From: Paludibacteraceae bacterium
Lineage (GTDB): Bacteria; Bacteroidota; Bacteroidia; Bacteroidales; Paludibacteraceae
Direction of reading: 5' to 3'
NCBI GenBank assembly: GCA_017541805.1
Contig: JAFXYK010000061.1
Coordinates: 5,674-69,673 of the forward strand
DNA length: 64,000 nt
Shown in pieces: positions 27,064 through 35,335 of this stretch (the first letter of the stretch is position 1; the number at the start of each line of letters is the position of its first letter). Made by a program: the position numbers and the translations under genes. Below the pieces are notes generated by a model. The model saw only the letters and a program-made list of their open reading frames with translations. It was not told the origin of the DNA and did no database searches.

Positions 27064-27690
27064 TTATTTTCGTTGACTGAACTCACAACCGCAGTAGAGC
27101 TGGTTGTAAAAATTATATTCTTTGAGCAATTGATTTCTGCGCTCCTGTAATCCGTCCTTCCGCCAGTTCTGCGCCCAAAAACTGACTTCTGAATGCTGAA
27201 TACTGACTGCTTCCGCTGCGCGCTCACCTGCAGCGTTTATCTGCTCCAGGTTTTTCCATCGTGAAGAGGCGAGGGTAGTGGCGAAGAATGGAATACCCAG
27301 TTCTTGTGCCTTCCGGGCCGTAGCTAACAGACGATGGTAGAAACATGCTTCGCATCGCCGTCCCCGCTCGGGTTCGTCTTCCAAGCCACAAATATCATGC
27401 CGCCATGCGTCGTGCATTTCTTTGTAGCAGCTTTGTTGGCTTGCTTCGGTTCTAAACCGGTCATTATCGATCCAGGTGATGCCCAGCGATTCTGCATGCC
27501 TTTTGCTTTCGTTCTTGCGAATCTCGTATTCCTCGCGCGGATATATATTAGGATTATAGTAGTAAATAACCGGCTCAATCCGGTGTGCCAACAGCCATTC
27601 CACAATAGCACTGGAGCACGGGGCACAGCAGGCGTGTAGCAGCACTTTCGTGCAGCCTTCGGGAACTATTATGGCGCTTTTTATCGGCAT
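27064..27690 (-). CDS. queH: Epoxyqueuosine reductase QueH (DUF208)
   Basis: LLHACCAPCSS..YYYNPNIYP..RCEACFYHRL..TLASSRWKN..YCGCEFS. Confidence 0.9.
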   Translation of the reverse strand: MPIKSAIIVPEGCTKVLLHACCAPCSSAIVEWLLAHRIEPVIYYYNPNIYPREEYEIRKNESKRHAESLGITWIDNDRFRTEASQQSCYKEMHDAWRHDICGLEDEPERGRRCEACFYHRLLATARKAQELGIPFFATTLASSRWKNLEQINAAGERAAEAVSIQHSEVSFWAQNWRKDGLQERRNQLLKEYNFYNQLYCGCEFSQRK

Positions 27691-27719
27691 ATTTACGGCT
27701 TTTATTCAAAAAAACGCTA

Positions 27720-27750
27720 CAAAAGTACACTTTTTTTTGCACATATCAAA
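27720..27750 (-). promoter_or_regulatory. Bacteroidota-type promoter for the queH-VTC operon
   Basis: Minus strand reads TTTG-N19-TACTTTTG. Confidence 0.6.
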
Positions 27751-27767
27751 ATAAATTTGTAATTTTG
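27736..27767 (+). promoter_or_regulatory. Bacteroidota-type promoter for small lipoprotein A
   Basis: TTTG(27736-27739)-N20-TAATTTTG(27760-27767). It overlaps the divergent queH promoter. Confidence 0.6.
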
Positions 27768-27840
27768 CGGCCGGTTTTGTAAAAAACGAATCCTAATTTA
27801 GGAAATAATAAACAATTATTAACAAAAATTCATTACTAGT

Positions 27841-28137
27841 ATGAAGAAAGTATTATTCTTTGCTGCTGTATTGGCAGTTGCTTCTATGACTTTCGTTGCT
27901 TGTGGCAAGAAAGAGAACAAAGAGGCTGAGCAAGAATGCAACGAGGCAACCGAGCAAGTAGAGGCTGCTCCTGCTGCTGACGTTGACCGTGCAGAGGCTG
28001 CTACCCAGGCTATCGAGGCTGCTGCTTCGATGGAAGAGGTGATGGCTGTAGCTATGGAGTATCAGGACCTCTCTGACGAGGACTTCACTCCGGAGCAACA
28101 AGCTCGTATGCAAGCTGCTGTAGCTAAATTGCAATAA
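27841..28137 (+). CDS. Small acidic lipoprotein (paralog A)
   Basis: MKKVLFFAAVLAVASMTFVACGKKENKEAE.. is a lipobox. The C-terminus is ..EYQDLSDEDFTPEQQARMQAAVAKLQ. Confidence 0.7.
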   Translation: MKKVLFFAAVLAVASMTFVACGKKENKEAEQECNEATEQVEAAPAADVDRAEAATQAIEAAASMEEVMAVAMEYQDLSDEDFTPEQQARMQAAVAKLQ

Positions 28138-28162
28138 TTTATTGTAATTTTCAGCAAAAAAA

Positions 28163-28192
28163 ATGGCATACTCTTGTGTATGTCATTTTTTT
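28163..28192 (+). terminator. Intrinsic terminator hairpin (ATGGCATA..TATGTCAT family, copy 2)
   Basis: Stem ATGGCATAC / GTATGTCAT with a G-T wobble, loop TCTTGT, then a T-run. Confidence 0.7.
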
Positions 28193-28204
28193 GTTGTACC
28201 TTTG
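28173..28204 (+). promoter_or_regulatory. Candidate promoter for small lipoprotein B
   Basis: CTTG (in the hairpin loop)-N20-TACCTTTG(28197-28204). Confidence 0.5.
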
Positions 28205-28247
28205 CACCCGATTTTGTACAACATCAATTTTTAAATTCATTTCTAGT

Positions 28248-28544
28248 ATGAAGAAAGTATTTTTCTATGCTGTTCTCTTTGCTGCTGCTTCGATGACTTT
28301 CGTAGCTTGCGGTAAGAGCGAGAACAAAGAGGCTGAAAACGAAGAGTGCTGCCAAGGCAAAGAGAACCACGAGTGCTGCAAAGCGAAACGTGCTGAGCAA
28401 TACGTCAGCGCAATCGAGGCTGCTCAAACGCTCGAAGAGGCTATCGCGCTGAGCGAGGAGTATCAGGATCTCGTTGGCTACGAGTTCAGTGAGGAGCAAC
28501 AGGCTCGTATGGCTGCTGCTGTTGCTAAATTAGGTGCGCAATAA
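28248..28544 (+). CDS. Small lipoprotein (paralog B) with a CC-x7-CC segment
   Basis: From ATG 28248: MKKVFFYAVLFAAASMTFVACGKSENKEAENEECCQGKENHECCKAK....EYQDLVGYEFSEEQQARMAAAVAKLGAQ. Confidence 0.7.
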   Translation: MKKVFFYAVLFAAASMTFVACGKSENKEAENEECCQGKENHECCKAKRAEQYVSAIEAAQTLEEAIALSEEYQDLVGYEFSEEQQARMAAAVAKLGAQ

Positions 28545-28567
28545 TCACATCGATTTTGGCTAAAAGA

Positions 28568-28598
28568 ATGGCATATGCGACGCATATGTCATTTTTTA
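28568..28598 (+). terminator. Intrinsic terminator hairpin (ATGGCATA..TATGTCAT family, copy 3)
   Basis: Stem ATGGCATATGC / GCATATGTCAT with a G-T wobble and a short loop, then TTTTTT. Confidence 0.7.
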
Positions 28599-28630
28599 TT
28601 TGCATATCTCAAAAAAAAGTAGTACCTTTG
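28599..28630 (+). promoter_or_regulatory. Bacteroidota-type promoter for the ffh operon
   Basis: TTTG(28599-28602)-N20-TACCTTTG(28623-28630). The cassette reads TTTGCATATCTCAAAAAAAAGTAGTACCTTTGCACCCGC. Confidence 0.7.
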
Positions 28631-28655
28631 CACCCGCAATTAAATTAGGAGTAAA

Positions 28656-29954
28656 ATGTTTGATAATTTATCGGAACGATTAGAACGGTCTTTTAAGATT
28701 CTGAAAGGTGAAGGCCGTATCACGGAAATTAATATCGCGGAGACGGTCAAGGATATCCGCAAGGCGCTGTTGGAGGCCGATGTGAACTACAAGACGGCGA
28801 AGCAGTTTACCGACCAGGTGAAAGAGAAAGCGCTGGGTCAGAACGTCATTACCTCGGTGCGTCCTGGCCAGTTGATGGTCAAGATTACCCACGACGAACT
28901 GGCGGCTCTCATGGGTGGCGAAGCGCAGGAGATCAACCTCAAAGGTACGCCGGCGGTCATCCTCATGGCGGGTTTGCAAGGTTCGGGTAAGACCACTTTT
29001 GCATCCAAACTGGCGAACTACCTGCAGACCAAGAAGAACAAACGTGTCATGTTGGCGGCCTGCGACGTCTATCGTCCGGCGGCTATTGAGCAGTTGCGCG
29101 TCCTCGGTGAGCAGATCAACGCCAAGGTATATCTGGGTGAGAACGAACCCAATCCGGTTAAGAAAGCGCAGGAGGCTATTGCCGAAGCGCGTAAGTTCGG
29201 CTATGACGTCGTCATCGTCGATACCGCCGGTCGTTTGGCTATCGATGAACAGATGATGCAGGAGATAGCGGCTATCAAGCAGGCTATCAACCCGTCGGAG
29301 ACCTTGTTCGTCGTTGATGCGATGACCGGTCAGGATGCTGTCAACACCGCCAAGGAGTTCAATGATCGCCTCGATTTCGACGGCGTCGTACTCACCAAGC
29401 TCGACGGCGACGCCCGTGGTGGTGCCGCGCTGAGTATCCGCTCGGTGGTTAACAAACCGATTAAGTTCATCGGTACGGGTGAGAAGATGGAGGCGCTCGA
29501 TGTCTTCCATCCCGCGCGTATGGCGGACCGTATCCTCGGTATGGGTGATGTCGTCTCCCTCGTCGAGCGCGCGCAAGAGCAGTACGACGAAGAGGAAGCA
29601 CGCCGTATCAGTAAGAAGATCGCTAAGAACCAGTTCGACTTCAATGATTTCTTAGGTCAGTTGAACCAGATCAAGAAGATGGGTTCGATGAAAGACCTCA
29701 TGGGTATGATCCCGGGTATGGACAAAGCCATGAAGGGCGTTGAAGTGAGCGATGATGCGTTCAAACCTATCGAAGCGATGATCAACTCTATGACACCGGC
29801 GGAGCGCTCCAATCCGAGTCTGCTGAACGGTAGCCGCAAAGCGCGTATCGCCAAAGGTGCCGGCGTCGATATCGTTGCGCTCAACCGCTTCCTCAAGCAG
29901 TTTGAGCAGACCTCCAAGATGATGCGCAAAGTGCAACAGATGCGCCGTAAATAA
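28656..29954 (+). CDS. ffh: Signal recognition particle protein
   Basis: ILMAGLQGSGKTT..DTAGR..TKLDGDARGGAALS plus a Met-rich M domain. Confidence 0.97.
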   Translation: MFDNLSERLERSFKILKGEGRITEINIAETVKDIRKALLEADVNYKTAKQFTDQVKEKALGQNVITSVRPGQLMVKITHDELAALMGGEAQEINLKGTPAVILMAGLQGSGKTTFASKLANYLQTKKNKRVMLAACDVYRPAAIEQLRVLGEQINAKVYLGENEPNPVKKAQEAIAEARKFGYDVVIVDTAGRLAIDEQMMQEIAAIKQAINPSETLFVVDAMTGQDAVNTAKEFNDRLDFDGVVLTKLDGDARGGAALSIRSVVNKPIKFIGTGEKMEALDVFHPARMADRILGMGDVVSLVERAQEQYDEEEARRISKKIAKNQFDFNDFLGQLNQIKKMGSMKDLMGMIPGMDKAMKGVEVSDDAFKPIEAMINSMTPAERSNPSLLNGSRKARIAKGAGVDIVALNRFLKQFEQTSKMMRKVQQMRRK

Positions 29955-29965
29955 CTCTTCACAGC

Positions 29966-30499
29966 ATGTCCGACCATCACTACCACCATCACCACGTCCA
30001 CGGCACGAATGATAAGAACCGTGGCTTAGGCGGCGCACTGAGAATGCGCGACAAACAGGCTTATTACGGCCTGATTCTGGTCATTGTGGCGGTGCTTGGC
30101 TTCGGAGCATACAAACTGGTGATGCTCTTTGCGGACGAGCTGAGACAGATTCCGAATGGCGATCCGACGGAGGAACTGAGTGTCGATGCTTTGGGTATCC
30201 GGAAAGCCGAAGAGGCGGATGCTATCCATTTTGCGGACAGCCTGGCGCATCAGTATAATGTGGACTCGATCCGTCGCTCCGTCAGGGGGGATGAACATAA
30301 TGTCTATCGGCCGCCACGCAAGAAAGACAACACCCTCATCGACGAGCGCGAAGCGAAAGATATATGGCGAAACCTGCAGCATTGGTTCAAAGCCAACGGA
30401 GGTGACCCGGAGTTCATCGCCGGCATCGTCCTCTTCTGCCTGGGTATCTTCAGCCTCATCGGATTCGGTATATACAAACATAAACATAGAAATCGTTGA
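29966..30499 (+). CDS. Hypothetical membrane protein with a His-rich N-terminus
   Basis: MSDHHYHHHHVHG.., with two hydrophobic helices (YYGLILVIVAVLGFGAY, IAGIVLFCLGIFSLIGFGIY). It lies 11 nt after ffh and 3 nt before folD. Confidence 0.55.
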   Translation: MSDHHYHHHHVHGTNDKNRGLGGALRMRDKQAYYGLILVIVAVLGFGAYKLVMLFADELRQIPNGDPTEELSVDALGIRKAEEADAIHFADSLAHQYNVDSIRRSVRGDEHNVYRPPRKKDNTLIDEREAKDIWRNLQHWFKANGGDPEFIAGIVLFCLGIFSLIGFGIYKHKHRNR

Positions 30500-30502
30500 C
30501 AC

Positions 30503-31426
30503 ATGATATTAGACGGAAAACAAATAGCACAGACCATTCGTGCGGAGCTGCGCGAACAAGTCGCTGCCCTCACGGCCAACGGTCTACGGGCACCTAAACT
30601 GGCGATCGTCATCGTCGGGAATAATCCGGCTTCCGAGACCTATGTGAATAATAAGATCAAGGCCTGTGCCGAAGTGGGCATTGACGCGGTGAAGATCGCT
30701 TATCCGGCCGAGATCACCGAGCAGACTTTGTTGAATGAGATCCATCGACTCAATAATGACGATTCCATCGACGGTTTCATCGTTCAACTGCCTTTGCCAG
30801 AACATATCAATGAGACGCAGGTGCTCAGTACCATCGACTATCGCAAGGATGTGGATGGACTCACGCCGGAGAATGTAGGGCGTACGGTGCAAGGCCTGCC
30901 GTCTATCATCAGCGCTACGCCGCGAGGCATACGCGAACTGCTGGCGCGGTATGAGATCGCTACCGAAGGCAAACATGTGGTGGTTATCGGACGGTCGAAT
31001 ATCGTCGGCAAACCCATCGCGATGCTCCTCATGCAGCGTCCGTACCTCTCTCTGCCGGGGTTGAGCGCTGCTTCGCTCGGTGACGCCACGGTCACGGTAT
31101 GCCATTCCAAGACGCGCGATCTCAAGGCTATCTGCCTCACCGCCGATATCATCATCGTGGCCGCCGGATGTCCGAATCTGCTCACGGTGGACATGGTCCG
31201 CGAAGGAGTTACCGTCATTGATGTGGGGATCAACCGCATCGACGATCCTGCTGCGCCGAAAGGATATCGACTCGTCGGAGACGTGGATTTTGCGAACGTA
31301 GCACCCAAAGCCGCGTATATCACTCCTGTTCCCGGTGGAGTAGGTCCGATGACCATTGTTTCGCTGTTACAAAATACCTTACAAGCATATAATGAACATT
31401 CTTTGCCACAAGGGCACGATTTATGA
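30503..31426 (+). CDS. folD: Bifunctional methylenetetrahydrofolate dehydrogenase / methenyl-THF cyclohydrolase
   Basis: ILDGKQIA..LAIVIVGNNPASETYV..VQLPLP..VVVIGRSNIVGKP..PVPGGVGPMT. Confidence 0.95.
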   Translation: MILDGKQIAQTIRAELREQVAALTANGLRAPKLAIVIVGNNPASETYVNNKIKACAEVGIDAVKIAYPAEITEQTLLNEIHRLNNDDSIDGFIVQLPLPEHINETQVLSTIDYRKDVDGLTPENVGRTVQGLPSIISATPRGIRELLARYEIATEGKHVVVIGRSNIVGKPIAMLLMQRPYLSLPGLSAASLGDATVTVCHSKTRDLKAICLTADIIIVAAGCPNLLTVDMVREGVTVIDVGINRIDDPAAPKGYRLVGDVDFANVAPKAAYITPVPGGVGPMTIVSLLQNTLQAYNEHSLPQGHDL

Positions 31427-32523
31427 ATATACTCGATAAAATCGATGGCCTCGAGGCCAAGTTCCATGAGGTGAGTCTGTTGATCACGGACCCTTCGGTG
31501 ATCGCCGACCAGGCGCGGTATGTGCGGCTCAATCGCGACTATCACGACCTGGAGCGCGTGCTCGAGTGTGCCCATCGCTATAAGAAAGCGGTCACCGACC
31601 TGCAGGACGCCAAGGACCTCTTCTTCAATGAGTCTGATCCCGAGATGAAAGAGATGGCGAAAGCGGAGATCGATGAACTGGAACCGCAGATTCCCAAACT
31701 GGAGGAGGAACTCAAACTCCAACTCTTACCCCAGGATCCTGAGGATGGCAAGAATGTCGTCATGGAGATTCGTGGCGGTACGGGAGGTGATGAAGCGGCG
31801 ATCTTTGCCGGTGACCTCTTCCGTATGTACACCAAGTATTTCGAACTCAAAGGATTCAAATATACCGTTTCATCCTTCACCGAAGGTGCGGCCGGCGGAT
31901 ATAAGGAGATTATCTTCAATGTCACCGGCGTCAATGTCTATGGTACGCTCAAGTATGAGAGTGGCGTGCACCGCGTGCAGCGCGTGCCGGTGACCGAGAC
32001 CCAAGGACGCGTGCATACTTCGGCGGCTACCGTAGCGGTGCTGCCCGAGGCGGATGAGTTCGAAGTGCATATCAACGAAGGTGAGATCAAGTGGGAGACT
32101 TTCCGTTCCGGCGGTGCCGGCGGACAGAACGTTAATAAGGTCGAGTCCGGTGTGCGGCTGCGTTATAACTGGAAGAACCCCAATACCGGCGAAGTGCAGG
32201 AGATACTCATCGAGTGTACCGAGACGCGTGACCAGCCTAAGAACAAAGAGCGTGCTCTCTCGCGCCTGCGTACGCAAATCTATGATAAGGAGCACCAGAA
32301 ATATATCGATGACATCGCAGCACGCCGTAAGACGATGGTCTCGACCGGTGACCGAAGTGCGAAGATCCGCACCTATAACTACCCGCAGGGACGTATCACC
32401 GACCATCGTATCGGTTATACCGTCTATAACCTCGCGGCCTTCATGGACGGCGACATACAAGGCGTCATCGATGCCCTCCAGGTAGCCGAAAACGCCGAAC
32501 GCCTCAAGGAATCAGAATTGTAA
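31423..32523 (+). CDS. prfA: Peptide chain release factor 1
   Basis: RVQRVPVTETQGRVHTS (PxT-type motif) and RSGGAGGQNVNKVESG (GGQ). Confidence 0.95.
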   Translation: MNILDKIDGLEAKFHEVSLLITDPSVIADQARYVRLNRDYHDLERVLECAHRYKKAVTDLQDAKDLFFNESDPEMKEMAKAEIDELEPQIPKLEEELKLQLLPQDPEDGKNVVMEIRGGTGGDEAAIFAGDLFRMYTKYFELKGFKYTVSSFTEGAAGGYKEIIFNVTGVNVYGTLKYESGVHRVQRVPVTETQGRVHTSAATVAVLPEADEFEVHINEGEIKWETFRSGGAGGQNVNKVESGVRLRYNWKNPNTGEVQEILIECTETRDQPKNKERALSRLRTQIYDKEHQKYIDDIAARRKTMVSTGDRSAKIRTYNYPQGRITDHRIGYTVYNLAAFMDGDIQGVIDALQVAENAERLKESEL

Positions 32524-33227
32524 TGTATCTCTTTTATTGTCCTGATATTGAAACGAAGCAGACCCTTTCCGAAGAGGAGAGTGCCCACTGCGTGCGGGTG
32601 CTGCGCTATAGCGCAGGCGATGAGATACTCATCACCGACGGACGGGGTACGACCTATACGGCGCGTATCACCAATCCGCACCCCAAGCATTGTGATTTTG
32701 AGATCCTGACGGCGGAGAAACAGCAGCCGCACCATGCTTTTCACCTGCATATCGCCATCGCGCCGACGAAGAACATCGAGCGCATGGAGTGGGCCATCGA
32801 GAAATGCGTGGAGATTGGCGTCGATGAGATCACGCCGCTCTTGTGCCGTTTCTCGGAACGTAAGCAACTGCGTACCGACCGACTGGAGAAGATCATCCTC
32901 TCGGCGGCGAAACAGAGTCTGACGCCTTACTTGCCGGTCCTGCATGAACTGACGCCGTATGATGCGTTTATCCGCGAGCAGGCGAAGATCAACCAGCAAT
33001 GCTTCATTGCCCATTGCTATAAAGAGGATAAACGGGTGCTCAAAGAAGAGATAGAGCGGGGTCGAGACGTGCTCGTGCTCATCGGTCCCGAAGGAGATTT
33101 CAGTGAACAGGAAGTGGCGGATGCCCTGGCGCTCGGTTTCATCCCCGTCAGCCTGGGTAACAGTCGTCTCCGCACCGAGACCGCCGGCGTCGTGGCTTGT
33201 CATACCGCCGTGCTGATCAATGAATAA
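32523..33227 (+). CDS. rsmE: 16S rRNA (uracil1498-N3)-methyltransferase
   Basis: MYLFYCPD....HCVRVLR...GDEI.ITDG.G....LIGPEGDFS..E......G...VSLG.RLRTETA. Confidence 0.88.
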   Translation: MYLFYCPDIETKQTLSEEESAHCVRVLRYSAGDEILITDGRGTTYTARITNPHPKHCDFEILTAEKQQPHHAFHLHIAIAPTKNIERMEWAIEKCVEIGVDEITPLLCRFSERKQLRTDRLEKIILSAAKQSLTPYLPVLHELTPYDAFIREQAKINQQCFIAHCYKEDKRVLKEEIERGRDVLVLIGPEGDFSEQEVADALALGFIPVSLGNSRLRTETAGVVACHTAVLINE

Positions 33228-33233
33228 CGCAGA

Positions 33234-33806
33234 ATGAGTATCGATTCGGACATAGTTATCGCCATCAACGGCTGCAATAGTCCTTACATGGACGAACTGA
33301 TGTGGCTTATCAGCAAGCCTACCACATGGATTCCGCTCTATGTGCTGCTGCTCGTCCTGATGTGGGTCAAGATTAAAGACTGGCGTAAGATGGTGATCAT
33401 CCTGGTCGGTTTTGCCATTGCCGTCGGACTTAGCGATTTTATCTGCAGCGGCATCCTCAAACCTATCGTTTGCCGCCTGCGGCCGACGCACGACCCCAAT
33501 ATGCCGATGCTGCATCTCGTGCATAAATACCGCGGAGGTCTGTACGGTTTCTGCTCCAGCCATGCCGCTAACTCCATGGCGGTAGCGGTTCTTTTCAGCC
33601 TCTTATACCGCAAAAAAACAGTCACCGCACTACTCATGGTGTGGGTGGCTGCTGTATGTTATAGTCGCATGTATCTCGGGGTACATTACCCCACCGATAT
33701 ACTGGCCGGACTCGCTATAGGGAGTCTGTTGGCTGCACTGACGTGGCTGGTGCTATCAATTGCGTACCGTGTGGACGACGAGGAGTCTCCGAGGGATGAT
33801 TCATAA
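33234..33806 (+). CDS. PAP2-family phosphatase (undecaprenyl-diphosphate / lipid phosphatase type)
   Basis: KPIVCRLRP..FCSSHAANS..SRMYLGVHYPTD: the three PAP2 motifs. Confidence 0.85.
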   Translation: MSIDSDIVIAINGCNSPYMDELMWLISKPTTWIPLYVLLLVLMWVKIKDWRKMVIILVGFAIAVGLSDFICSGILKPIVCRLRPTHDPNMPMLHLVHKYRGGLYGFCSSHAANSMAVAVLFSLLYRKKTVTALLMVWVAAVCYSRMYLGVHYPTDILAGLAIGSLLAALTWLVLSIAYRVDDEESPRDDS

Positions 33807-34104
33807 ACTGCTCGAACTCCTCCGGCGTCAATAAGCGCTCTAACTCATCGTGAATAGCCTGCATGCGCTGCATGTTCTCCGCGCGCGTCAGTCCTTTCTG
33901 ACGCCAACGGGCGTACTTCAAGTGCATACGATAAATCGTATCGATGCGCACGGAGTCTTTGATACCTAACTCGCGCGCTACACGGATCGTTTGTTTACGC
34001 GCTTCCTCCTCTGGGGTGCGCTGAGGACGAGGACCTTCCTTCTGGGCAATCATGGTAATAGCCAAAAATGCACCGAATAATAGCGTAAAAAATCGTTTTG
34101 TCAT
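33715..34104 (-). CDS. Small secreted helical protein (hypothetical)
   Basis: From ATG 34104: MTKRFFTLLFGAFLAITMIAQ signal peptide, then a charged helical body. Its last ~30 codons overlap the PAP2 3' end. Confidence 0.5.
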   Translation of the reverse strand: MTKRFFTLLFGAFLAITMIAQKEGPRPQRTPEEEARKQTIRVARELGIKDSVRIDTIYRMHLKYARWRQKGLTRAENMQRMQAIHDELERLLTPEEFEQFMNHPSETPRRPHGTQLIAPATSVQPTDSL

Positions 34105-34126
34105 ATAAAAAACCACAACAAAAATC

Positions 34127-35335
34127 ATGCCAAAATGGCCTGAAATAGCAATCGCCTCTCGCCTTTATTTTTCGCGCCCTGCGGTGCGGGTCGCTTTGGC
34201 GGGAATCATCGTCGGAATAACCGTCATGATTCTTACGGTATGTATTGTGGTCGGGTTCAAACAGACGGTGACCAACAAACTCGCCGGTTTTGATGCGCAT
34301 ATCCAGGTCGTCAGTTTCGAGACCAATGACTCATACGACCTCTCGCCCATCGAGGTGTCCGACAGTCTGCTCGTGCAGCTACGGTCCTTCCCGCATGTCA
34401 CGGCGGCATCGCCTTTCATCACCAAACCCGGTATGCTCAAGACCGATTCGGCCTTCCATGGCATCGTGCTCAAAGGCACCGAATACTGGTCGTTTTTTGA
34501 GGACAATAGAGTAGAAGGTGTCATCCCTTCCGAACCCCAACAGGTGCTCCTCTCGCGGCTGGTGGCGAACCGCTTGCAACTCCATGTAGGCGACCCTGTT
34601 CCCTGCTATTTCATCGAAGAAAAGGACGTGCGGGCACGCAAGTTGACTATCTCCGGCATCTATGATTCCGGCTTCGAGCAATACGATGAACTGTTTGTCC
34701 TTACGCCGCTTGAAACGATGCGAAGTCTGCAAAAATGGGATTCAACCACCTATTCGGGTATAGATATACTCGTGGATGACGTGCGGAACATCGAATCGGC
34801 GTACGATGATATCTACTTTGCTACCGTCAATCATATCGATGAAAACGGCTATAATTGCTATTTCGTACAGAACCTGTATGAGAAGAATCCGAAGATCTTT
34901 TTGTGGCTCGATCTGCTGGATATGAATGTGGTGCTGATCATCATCCTCATGCTCATCGTCGCGGGAATGAATATGGTCACGGGACTGATCATCCTCATCC
35001 TCGAATCCGTCCAACTCATCGGCACGCTCAAGGCACTCGGCGCCAATAACCGCTTCATCCGGCGTATCTTCCTAACGCAAGCTTCTATGCTCATCGTCAA
35101 GGGCTTGCTCTGGGGAAATATCCTCGGACTCACGCTCGCGGCGATCCAGTATTTCGGCCATGTCATCCCGTTGGAATCGGCTACATATTATGTCAATACC
35201 GTTCCGGTGGCTTTCCCGTGGATGTGGATAGTGCTGCTCAATGCCGTCACGATGGCGCTCTGTATGCTTGTTCTGCTGCTGCCGTCTATGATCATATCGA
35301 ATATCCATCCCGCTAAAGTAATGCATTTTGAGTGA
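34127..35335 (+). CDS. ABC transporter permease, FtsX/LolE-like
   Basis: IASRLYFSR..VALAGIIVGITVMILTVCIVVGF plus a large periplasmic loop and C-terminal FtsX helices: ..LKALGANNRFIRRIF.. Confidence 0.85.
   Translation: MPKWPEIAIASRLYFSRPAVRVALAGIIVGITVMILTVCIVVGFKQTVTNKLAGFDAHIQVVSFETNDSYDLSPIEVSDSLLVQLRSFPHVTAASPFITKPGMLKTDSAFHGIVLKGTEYWSFFEDNRVEGVIPSEPQQVLLSRLVANRLQLHVGDPVPCYFIEEKDVRARKLTISGIYDSGFEQYDELFVLTPLETMRSLQKWDSTTYSGIDILVDDVRNIESAYDDIYFATVNHIDENGYNCYFVQNLYEKNPKIFLWLDLLDMNVVLIIILMLIVAGMNMVTGLIILILESVQLIGTLKALGANNRFIRRIFLTQASMLIVKGLLWGNILGLTLAAIQYFGHVIPLESATYYVNTVPVAFPWMWIVLLNAVTMALCMLVLLLPSMIISNIHPAKVMHFE

Noticed and set aside
31035-31080. Apparent extra loop (RPYLSLPGLSAASLGD) in FolD
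   Set aside because: The DNA shows no periodic repeat, and my memory of the ortholog sequence here is not firm enough. It needs an alignment before it counts as an observation.
31423-32523. Programmed frameshift in a release-factor gene
   Set aside because: The gene is RF1 (PVT tripeptide motif), not RF2, and it has a single uninterrupted frame.
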